A stretch of DNA of 22,684 nucleotides from Amoeboradix gromovi X-113 (Eukaryota > Fungi > Sanchytriomycota): the NCBI GenBank assembly GCA_018985225.1, contig JADGIF010000081.1, forward strand, positions 1-22,684, given 5' to 3'. The notes beneath the pieces were generated by a model. It ran no database searches and had not been told where the DNA came from. It saw only the letters and a program-made list of their open reading frames with translations. Positions 10,097-18,441 of the stretch are shown here, piece by piece. Position numbers and translations under genes: made by a program. Numbering within the stretch: the stretch's first letter is position 1; the number at the start of each line of letters is the position of its first letter.

Positions 10097-10739
10097 ATGA
10101 ATGCTTTGATGATTGTATTAATGACCATATCTAAGGCGCACGTAACAGCCAACCCTAATTATGGAGCACCTAAGGCTTATTTGGCAACTTATTTCAGAAT
10201 CGGGCATTCCTGCTCTCCCTTAGAGAAGACCACGTCTGTAGAGATTGAGATTCCTGATGGTGTGTACACTGTCAGACCCAAGTACACGGCTGGATGGACA
10301 TTCAACGTGACGACTGTTCAACTGGAAACTCCAATTACTGGAGGCGAGACTCCAATCACCAGTAAAGTGACAAAGGTAACATTCAACAGTGCTGAGGGGC
10401 TAGCCAACGATGCTTACGAGGATCTGGGATTAAATTTCCAACTTCCGGACAAGGCAGGAACAAATTTGTTTTTCAAGACAACTCAGAAATGTCCAGGAAA
10501 CACAACTGCATGGGTCAACATCCCGGAAAACAATGACATAGCAAAGTGGGGAAAGACTGCAAAGCCTGCGCCGTACGTCATGATCAAAGCAGAAACCGTG
10601 CCTGAAGCATCCACACAGGATCCTGTTAATTTGGGAATTGCAGTTGCAGGTAATTGAAACTAATTAAGCACTAGTTATTAGCGTGATTGCGTTGTCTGTT
10701 GGAAGTGTAATAGCTATAAAAACAAGAAAACGAACCTAA
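10097..10739 (+). CDS. YcnI/DUF1775-family copper-binding membrane protein; exons 10097-10649 and 10669-10739
   Basis: Signal peptide ending ..SKA|HVT gives an N-terminal His. Motifs FRIGHSC, TTSVEIEIPDG, P..AGW, QKC....W, PAP. The second exon gives a C-terminal TM helix plus basic tail (ALVISVIALSVGSVIAIKTRKRT), as in bacterial YcnI. Confidence 0.85.
10650..10668 (+). other. 19-nt spliceosomal intron GTAATTGAAACTAATTAAG
   Basis: Contains a CTAAT branch motif. Removal completes the TM helix, and the stop is followed by AATAAA. Confidence 0.85.
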
Positions 10740-10834
10740 GTTAATAAATTTCAAGTATATACAAATCATTGTGCAAACTTAGGAATTAAGCAGAGGGTCC
10801 CGACTCAAAGCAAAATTTACGTATTTATTTGTAT

Positions 10835-11197
10835 TTAATGGTGGTGGGAATTTACCGTGTGGAGTTCCATTCCATCAGCAGTCTTATGAGGAATAGTAGG
10901 CGCGCCTTGGATAAAGGCCTTGGGAACGGTAGCCGTCTTACTACTTTTGGTATCAGAAGTTCCATTTGGAGAGGGTAAATTACCATCGGGGTGGCTGTGG
11001 TTATGTTCTGAGCTCATCAAACTATATAAACCGCCACCAGTGACAACACCTGCAGAAAAAGATGCCAAAGTCTTAAACCACGGACCTAGTCCATTTAGAA
11101 ACGATCTAGTGTTCTCGCCAACAGCGTGACCATGGCCGCCGCAACAGTCGCCAGGAATCGGGACTGCGAACAAGGTAATAAGCAGAAATATCATCAT
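10835..11197 (-). CDS. Small His/Cys-rich secreted or membrane protein
   Basis: ATG at 11197 (MMIFLLITLFA). Contains CCGGHGH, a hydrophobic segment, HNHSH and a C-terminal HHH. AATAAA follows the stop. Confidence 0.55.
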   Translation of the reverse strand: MMIFLLITLFAVPIPGDCCGGHGHAVGENTRSFLNGLGPWFKTLASFSAGVVTGGGLYSLMSSEHNHSHPDGNLPSPNGTSDTKSSKTATVPKAFIQGAPTIPHKTADGMELHTVNSHHH

Positions 11198-11864
11198 TTT
11201 GGAATTCTCTAAAACTGATGGATAAGCAAAGCTCACGTGATTTTAGCCAATGAGATTATGCCAATGTTTTATCACATCTTGATTAAGTACATTACTATAC
11301 AAAATTTTAACATGAGCTTGACCTTATGATCTCTTAACGTACAAGTCTATGGTTGATCATCGGTACTTTACCTCTAATTCCATAGTCTGGAGAATATGAG
11401 AACCCTTCAGTATATGAGACCCATTTTGATAAAATGTGTTTATTCCCAAGTAGTAGGAACACCTAGAAACCACACTAGGAATCAGACATCGTCATGTCAT
11501 CAAATATGAAAGCTTATCAGAAATAAGAAGGGATGTACTGTGAACAAGAGTACATTAAAAACATCAAGACAGAATATGAAAACAATTTTCGGTTGAGATA
11601 TTGCAACATGTGCTCAAATGCTAATCGGCTGAGCTATTTTAAAAGAGATATTGCCAGCGTATTTTTCATATTGAGAAAAAGCTTGATTGCATATTATGTG
11701 ACTGGCACATCTTTCTGCTCTTACGAGCGACAATATTATCAGAATAGAAAACTGGAAAGGCCGATTGAAATTACTGCTTTTTGTTTTAATATTCAACTAG
11801 AGTAACTGTATTATATTTATTGCTTTTGTGCCAGTTTGCGGTGATTACTGGCCATTGTTTCATA

Positions 11865-12992
11865 TTATTTAGTTTCTTCACTTGGCTGCAAAGTATCCTT
11901 CTGCTTGTCTACAGTTTCTCCAAGTAATGCATGATATTTCATCCAAGCAATTTCATCTTTGATGTCTTCAACACTTTTAATGTTGTCACCATAAATGGAT
12001 TTGTACTCATCAGACATGCCATCCACTATTACAAAGTCTTTCATTAATATTCTCGATTCTATCATAGGAATAGCAACAAGAACTTTTTTTAAAGGCAAGT
12101 TATTATCAACTACTATTGCGCAACTCTCAATGGCAGCATTCCGCTCTGGCATCCATTTTGGATTTGGATAGCAAATCTTCAAGAAGACGGCGTAGTCTTC
12201 AAAACAATCATCACTGCTTCCATAAGAATGGATGTAAATTGCTTTTAAACATATCATTCTGTAGTATCCAATGATAACTTCTGGACTTAAAACATTTTCT
12301 AATCCTAATTTTTCCAACTGCTCCGCAATTACATTTTCAGAGGACGAGCTAACCACGTAAACATCAAAGTGCTCTGCCGCATCAAGCACAAACTCTTTTG
12401 CTCCGTCTAGGCAGTATAAATCTCTTCTATTTCGTTCAGCCTGGTCATCGTAGTATCTGTATGTTCTGCAGAGAGTGTTATCCAAATCCAATATCATGAG
12501 CTGCTTTTGATTGACAGTTCTCTTGTCAGCTAGTGCTGGGGGGTTATTTAAAACCACTAGAAGATCGGCAAATCCGTCAACTTTTCTTTGGTGCGGATAG
12601 AAATTAAAATATTCTGAATTTGGAGTCCAAATTTCAAAATCACCACTCATAAGGCTATCTTTGATCTGAGGAAGCAACTGAATAGGATAAGCTTTGTAAT
12701 AATTATTGTAATGTTTCAATTTCAAGACTTCACTGGTTCCAGCTGGTAATTGGAAATCGTTTGATATCAGACCACGAAAATAGTCATCGCTTACAGTATT
12801 CACTTTGGAATCCAAATCATATTTCTTCAAGAATTCCTGCGTTTCGGTTGTAATGGCACCGACTATGAAAACTTCACTTCTCATAAGCAGCTCCTGGATT
12901 GGAACTGCAGGATCTATTTGCATATAAAACAGATGCAGCAGATCTTCATGAATAACTACTAAATGCGCAAAAAGCAAGTAATAAAAGAACAT
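11865..12992 (-). CDS. Secreted HAD-superfamily (FCP1/NIF-like) phosphatase
   Basis: Hydrophobic N-terminus. Motif I LMILDLDNTL (DxDxT), GAKEFV..AAEHFDVYVVSSS (motif II), IVVDN. Confidence 0.7.
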   Translation of the reverse strand: MFFYYLLFAHLVVIHEDLLHLFYMQIDPAVPIQELLMRSEVFIVGAITTETQEFLKKYDLDSKVNTVSDDYFRGLISNDFQLPAGTSEVLKLKHYNNYYKAYPIQLLPQIKDSLMSGDFEIWTPNSEYFNFYPHQRKVDGFADLLVVLNNPPALADKRTVNQKQLMILDLDNTLCRTYRYYDDQAERNRRDLYCLDGAKEFVLDAAEHFDVYVVSSSSENVIAEQLEKLGLENVLSPEVIIGYYRMICLKAIYIHSYGSSDDCFEDYAVFLKICYPNPKWMPERNAAIESCAIVVDNNLPLKKVLVAIPMIESRILMKDFVIVDGMSDEYKSIYGDNIKSVEDIKDEIAWMKYHALLGETVDKQKDTLQPSEETK

Positions 12993-13076
12993 TTCACTAC
13001 CCCTGCGATGGAATAATTGTGTTAATCTGCTTTAATCAATCTGTGTAACCCTACTTTGTTTAATATTTAGGAGTTG

Positions 13077-13200
13077 CTCCTCGTTAAAAGTTCTGATTTC
13101 TGAGGAAATCGAGAATTTCCACAGAGAAACTAATGCTAGTTTCACCGTTACAGTCACTGCTCACGCTTTCACTACTCTGAAGCGGGACTGAATAAGGATG
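13077..13200 (-). ncRNA. Putative omegaRNA scaffold of copy 3
   Basis: Homologous structured 3' end with a remodelled hairpin GAAACTA-GCAT-TAGTTTC. Confidence 0.5.
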
Positions 13201-13531
13201 CAGATGTTTCATGTAAGTGTTCCTTGCTGCCATATGATCTCTACTGTTGCATATTCGGTAAGACCAATCACAAGAATTATTAAATAAACGGTTTACAAGT
13301 TTATTTATCTTTGATCTCATTCTAGGCATTGGAAGATACCTAATTGTTCCATGTTTGGACCAGTTCCTCAGTGTTGATGAATGTATGCTGTACCTGTTGT
13401 TTCTTTAGATTTGATTTACCATTTGCGAAAAGGAAGAACATCGAGTATTTAACCTATTAGAAAAAGTCATGAGATTATATAAAAATGCATACAAATTCGC
13501 GATAACTGATTTATTCAAGAAAACAATCGAG
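13077..13531 (-). mobile_element. IS607/Fanzor2 non-autonomous element, copy 3 (455 bp)
   Basis: Intact ends ACAG|CTCGATTG...TTTTAACGAGGAG. Encodes SIHSSTLRNWSKHG (TnpA HTH) and RDHMAARN (RuvC-III). Confidence 0.9.
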
Positions 13532-13701
13532 CTGTATGATCCTCAAGTTTGTTTTACAAATTAATTTGAACTGAGAGATCGGTCAAAGAGTTGTCCCAAG
13601 TGTAGTTTGCATTTTAATTTGGTTGGGCATCCAATCAAGTCTAGCTTCGAGTTGATTGAGCGCTAGTTACTGATTAAAAGCCCCCAAGCCCACTAATCAT
13701 C

Positions 13702-15258
13702 ATGTTGTGGACTGTTTTATTTGCACAATTTACTGTGCCATGTGCCAATCCTAGATTGCGTAAAGATTTTCGAAGATATACTACCCAGGAATGGGCTGAC
13801 TTTACAAGGGCGTTCAAATCGATGAAATCATCAGGCGAGCTATCAAAATTCGCTGCTTTGCATTGGAGTATATATGGTGACATTCACAGTGGCGTAAGCG
13901 TCCGTAAAAGGAACTTTTTAACTTGGCATCGTGCTTTTATTTATGAATTGGAAACTCGATTGCGTCAAATATCTGGTAAGCCTATCACTCTGCCGTATGT
14001 CGACTGGGGTAATGAGGCAGATGTCTACAAAGGTGCTGTTAGTAAGAGCGTCGCTTTCAAAGGATATTACTATGGCGAAATGGTCGGTCAGTGCTTAACT
14101 GGCAATATTTATGATTCGTTCTCTTTAAGACCTGATTTTGTGGAATATAACAAACTTAGGGGAGATAACCGCCAATGTATCTATACCACCACCAATACTG
14201 CTGTACCAGTTGGTGGATGGGCTACAGTAGATGGTACTATCTTCAACAAGAAAGCCTTTGCCTCCTTTTCTGATGATGTGGAATATTCCATCCATTACCA
14301 AGTTCATACACACATTGGTGGACTAATGACATCTAAAATATCACCTATTGTTCCGATATTCTTTGCTGTTCATTCATTCGTTGATCTGATGTTTACTACC
14401 TGGCAGTATGTGCATAACCAGTGGAAAAACATGCCTGAATCATTTTCTAAATCCACATTTCAAATATTGTCAGGGAAAACCTACACACACGAACAAGTTT
14501 ATGGGATGAATGAAATGTGTGTGCGATATGAGCGGGTTCAGTCTTCTAGTTTGTCATCAAAAGATAGAAACACCTTGAGCCCTAAACTCTTGAAAAGAAT
14601 GTCTGAATTACAAGATCTACATAGTTCATTGATATCAGAACCCACAGCAACTACCACTCATTCACCCACATCAGCTGCAACGCTATCTTCCCAGGAGTCA
14701 ACAGAAACTGAGACTGTAGTCTACTTGAAACCAGTTGTAACTGTTCCTACAGACCAGCAAGTGTTGGAATACAACACCAAATTGAATTCATACTACAACG
14801 AGGTCAAAGCAATTTACTCCAAGGCTAATTCGAATGAGACAGATGCTGATGACGAAGCATACACTAAATGTGCTCAATTTTATGGAAACAGTTCATTTAT
14901 TCCAGTTACTACTAAGATGAACAGTACTCTGTTAAATGCATTTCATATAGATCCAGTCTCATACCAAAAGCATCTAGAGCTCAAGAACAAGAGGAATATT
15001 CAGATTGCGCAGCATGCAAAATTGCCAGTTTACGTCGGAAGCTCTAAAAGCACCGACTACAAAAAAGTACAAAGCAATTTGAACGCTACATACAAAGGCA
15101 TGAGATTGCAGGCGGAAACAGACGGAAAAACAGCCATGATTGAACAGGCTGCAACAGCTACCGAAGAGTTAAATTCAGCCCAAACAATCAAGGCATATGC
15201 AAGTGGATCACACGATTTAGTTACGGCAATGTATATTCTGACACTTATAGTGATTTAA
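13702..15258 (+). CDS. Secreted tyrosinase (type-3 dicopper) with Ser/Thr-rich linker and hydrophobic tail
   Basis: RLRKDFR N-terminal motif. CuA H(WSIYGDI)H...FLTWHR, LPYVDW. CuB IHYQVH..IGG.M...PIFFAVHSFVD. Confidence 0.92.
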   Translation: MLWTVLFAQFTVPCANPRLRKDFRRYTTQEWADFTRAFKSMKSSGELSKFAALHWSIYGDIHSGVSVRKRNFLTWHRAFIYELETRLRQISGKPITLPYVDWGNEADVYKGAVSKSVAFKGYYYGEMVGQCLTGNIYDSFSLRPDFVEYNKLRGDNRQCIYTTTNTAVPVGGWATVDGTIFNKKAFASFSDDVEYSIHYQVHTHIGGLMTSKISPIVPIFFAVHSFVDLMFTTWQYVHNQWKNMPESFSKSTFQILSGKTYTHEQVYGMNEMCVRYERVQSSSLSSKDRNTLSPKLLKRMSELQDLHSSLISEPTATTTHSPTSAATLSSQESTETETVVYLKPVVTVPTDQQVLEYNTKLNSYYNEVKAIYSKANSNETDADDEAYTKCAQFYGNSSFIPVTTKMNSTLLNAFHIDPVSYQKHLELKNKRNIQIAQHAKLPVYVGSSKSTDYKKVQSNLNATYKGMRLQAETDGKTAMIEQAATATEELNSAQTIKAYASGSHDLVTAMYILTLIVI

Positions 15259-15268
15259 CAGTAAACAA

Positions 15269-15716
15269 ATTGTTTTCTTGAATAAATCATTTATCGCGAA
15301 TTTGTATGCATTTTTGCATTATTTCAAGACTTTTCCAGATTTTCCTAATAGCTTAAACACTCGATATTCTTCCTTTTTGCAAATGGTAAATCAATTCTAA
15401 ATAAATAACTAGCAGGTGCAGCATACATTCATCAACGTTGAGGAACTGGTGCAAACATGGAAATTCGAGGCCATGTACAATATGTGGCACTCTAAAGAAA
15501 ACCAATTTGAAGAGCTATTCATGTACATAGTGTCATTTGGAAGTGGACATGGACCACATGGCACCAAGGAACATACACATCAAGTATCTGCATCCTTATT
15601 CAATCCCGCCTCAGGGTAGTGAAAGCGTGAGCGATCACTGTAACGGAGATCTAGCATTGCTAGTTTCTCTGTGAAAATTCTCGATTTTCTCGGAACTCAG
15701 GTCTTTTAAAGAGGAG
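15269..15716 (+). mobile_element. IS607/Fanzor2 non-autonomous element, copy 4 (opposite orientation, distinct deletion)
   Basis: Left end ATTGTTTTCTTGAATAAATC. Reads ITSRCSIHSSTLRNWCKHG joined to PCTICGTLKKTNLKSYSCT*CHLEVDMDHMAPRNIHIKYLHP. Ends in GAGGAG. Lies just after the tyrosinase stop. Confidence 0.9.
15591..15716 (+). ncRNA. Putative omegaRNA scaffold of copy 4; guide would begin at 15717
   Basis: Hairpins CCC-GCCTCA-GGG, AGTGA..GC-GTGA-GC..TCACT, CTAGC-ATT-GCTAG. 3' GAGGAG. Confidence 0.6.
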
Positions 15717-15728
15717 TAAACAAATTGT

Positions 15729-15782
15729 ATTTATGGGTCATATTTTATCCGAATTTACTCACAAGAAATGGCCATCATCTGC
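15729..15782 (+). repeat. 54-nt block repeated at 21910-21963 (3 mismatches)
   Basis: ATTTATGGGTCATATTTTATC(C/G)GAATTTAC..CAAGAAATGGCCATCATCTGC at both sites. Confidence 0.85.
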
Positions 15783-15814
15783 GGCCCGCATTTCATAATT
15801 TTTAAAGCATATAA

Positions 15815-16260
15815 TTACTTACTTTTCGCTAGTTGTTTCTCATACAGGTAGTTTATTGTTTTCATTATGTTTCTATTTCTTCTTGTAGACAACTTTTGAT
15901 TACTCGTAGTTGCTCGGAGAGTTCCCAGTTTTTAAAGAAAGTGCTGGCTGATGTTCTGTTTCTTTTTTTCCAAGTAATTGTTTTGAAAATCTTGTGGTTG
16001 TAATAAAAATTGAAAACTGGTGTCTGACTCCAGGCGAGAACGAATATCATAATTTGTGCTTCTTATATCTTTTGTCTCTCCGTTTCTGCCTTTTAGGACT
16101 ACTATTTCTTTGTTTTTTAGCTGAACTCTTAATTCTTGTTATTGTTCTGCATAGCAACCGTTCTGACAATTAGAAAAACTTACCACAAACCCTAGTACGA
16201 AAGTAATATATAAAAGCAACAAAGAATAAATTCCAGACTTATTAAAAAAGTAAAAACATC
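15815..16260 (-). pseudogene. Decayed ORF, possibly related to the secreted family at 11865-12992 and 21956-22336
   Basis: Long minus-strand frame with sparse stops (QELRVQLKNKEIVVLKG...) after a hydrophobic, frameshifted start. Similarity is weak. Confidence 0.25.
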
Positions 16261-16670
16261 ATTTCGAACCTACCATAGAAAGTTAGCGATTTAAGGGTGT
16301 TAATTTAAAACTTGATTTTTTGTTTCTCAGAAGCACCAATCAGACTTAACAAAATTTAATAGGAAACTTCAGCTAGAAATTCTGATTGGTGGTGTATTTT
16401 ATATTAGGATGAGGGCAATTAAGTATGGATGTGTAGCTGTTAAATACAATACAGCATACATTAGTTAGAGCTTCTCATCGTGTAAGTTGATTATATGCTT
16501 TCATCTTACACTGCTTGTAGCATTGCGCTGTTTAGATCTTTGACAATAATTTATTGAGTGAACCGCAATTAAGTCTTGAAACTAGAGAATATGACATAAA
16601 GAAGTACTGCAATTCTCTTTTATTAACAAGCTCTATTTAACATTTAATCTTGAAATCATTATTTATCATA

Positions 16671-17296
16671 ATGTACCAGCTGAGACATTTTAGTCAATAC
16701 TCAATTATGGAGACAACCATATCTTTACAGATTTCGCATGGCTTTCCGTTTAAAGTTTTTGGCTCTACTAGTGGCTTGCCATGATAATGCCACCAGATGA
16801 AATTTTGATACGCGAATTCAGCGATGGAGACGCCACAAAAGGTGTATACTTGTACAAATATACAGGCAGCATGATCAATGACAAAGTCGTAATTGCTGGT
16901 GTAAACTACGAAATTCCAAAACTCATGCAGACTCCAGAATACTTTATTAGAAAGTTTGGACGTAGTAGTGAAATCCAAGCTCGCTAAAAACATGATGAAA
17001 ATCTCAGGCATGTATTTCACATTAAATCGAGAGATCAAATTAGTGCTGAAAGTGATATACGAGTTTTTCTATGAAAACAATTATTTAACTTGCATATGCA
17101 CAGAACTCATTTCTGCAATTTAGTTAGGCAGCTTTTAGATGACAATTTAATTACCTTTAATGGTAATCTTAATAGTATCGACTTTAGACGTATGTACGAG
17201 ATATATGAATTTAACCTCGACGACATGTACCAGGAATTTTCGGAACACGAGCTGAGAGTTAGTCATTTGATAATACGCTTCGGTCTTCAAATCTGA
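16671..17296 (+). pseudogene. Decayed coding region of unknown product
   Basis: Successive short plus-strand ORFs with protein-like composition, separated by single stops or frameshifts. Confidence 0.3.
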
Positions 17297-17698
17297 TTCA
17301 CTTGGACAGAGAGTCCACCTATGAATTTCCTCCTCTTGAGAATCATTGTAAATTTCACTGAGGTCTGAAAATTCAAGAAAAGATGAACTCTCGGACCGCG
17401 CATTAGGTTATTACTTGTACAGCAACTAAAAGAAACATAAGATCGAACTTCATAGCATACTAACGTGCTTACCCTCTTATGTTTAAGATCGAGTGTTATG
17501 ATTGTTGCCATTATTAATTTTTGTGATGAAATTACAAGTCTCACCAATCGTGACCTTAATTACACTTTGAGGACTGATCCTTTAGCATCAAATTGAACGG
17601 GTTGACTGAGTACTACAAAAGTCCTATTGCGTTCATTAAACAAATTCGCATGAGTGTTGCCTTTTTAAGGAGATAACTACCGAAACACGCAAGATTTA

Positions 17699-18427
17699 AT
17701 GAACACTTTTAGAGATCAGCATTTAGATAAGACTATAAAAAAGTCAGATTTTAGATTAAAGTTATGTTGCTGTGATGAGAATACCGATTTTATTATCGCT
17801 AATGATGAGGATGTTCTTATGTTTACCACAAATAACATCCCCTATGACGGAAACTCATCCGTTTGGTTACTTCCTCATTGGAAATTAAATAAAGAGAGAT
17901 TGAAACGTGAACGCCCATTCTGTAATCCATCCAAAGGCTTTGGATACTACGTTAATTGTAAAATAAAAAAATGCCGTACTGGCTATTACTATCCACTGAG
18001 TGTAGGTTATCACGATAAACCTGGCTTGACCAAGCTAACAATGACGACCAGGTTAGAAAAAACTGAAGAAGTAAAGGAATTGATTCGTTTTGATGGAAAG
18101 AAAACAGATTGGCAAACGGAGTATACTCCAATTCTGGATCCTAAAAAGACAAGAACAGAAGACATATATCCAAAGTACGAGGGGTTAAACATATCTCCAG
18201 AGTACACGGGGTTACCTAATGAGACTGATGATGGTGTTTTTTTGTATTTTGGTACTTTAATGTTGTTTGACCAGTTTGAATGGACTGTCAATAATAGTAT
18301 TAACAATAAAGACAGGGAATTTTCCAATAAAAAATGGAGAATAGTGTCATATTGTCTTGTTAGACTGCTATCTATTGCACTCGACAAAGAGCCGAACTGT
18401 GAAGATATGCTCAACCATAAGATTTGA
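17699..18427 (+). CDS. Hypothetical protein or fragment; weak PIN/XPG-like motif
   Basis: 242-aa ORF. DFIIANDEDVLMF resembles the S/N-DSD-hydrophobic-F motif of XPG/FEN1-like nucleases. Abuts the next ORF out of frame. Confidence 0.35.
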   Translation: MNTFRDQHLDKTIKKSDFRLKLCCCDENTDFIIANDEDVLMFTTNNIPYDGNSSVWLLPHWKLNKERLKRERPFCNPSKGFGYYVNCKIKKCRTGYYYPLSVGYHDKPGLTKLTMTTRLEKTEEVKELIRFDGKKTDWQTEYTPILDPKKTRTEDIYPKYEGLNISPEYTGLPNETDDGVFLYFGTLMLFDQFEWTVNNSINNKDREFSNKKWRIVSYCLVRLLSIALDKEPNCEDMLNHKI

Positions 18428-18441
18428 TCAGCGATGATGTT

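Larger units (their letters stand above)
15260..15728 (+). repeat. 14-nt direct repeat AGTAAACAAATTGT at 15260-15273 and 15715-15728 bracketing copy 4
   Basis: Exact match read from the sequence. Confidence 0.9.

Noticed and set aside
11533-11805. 90-aa ORF
   Set aside because: No recognisable motif or expression signal; cannot be supported.
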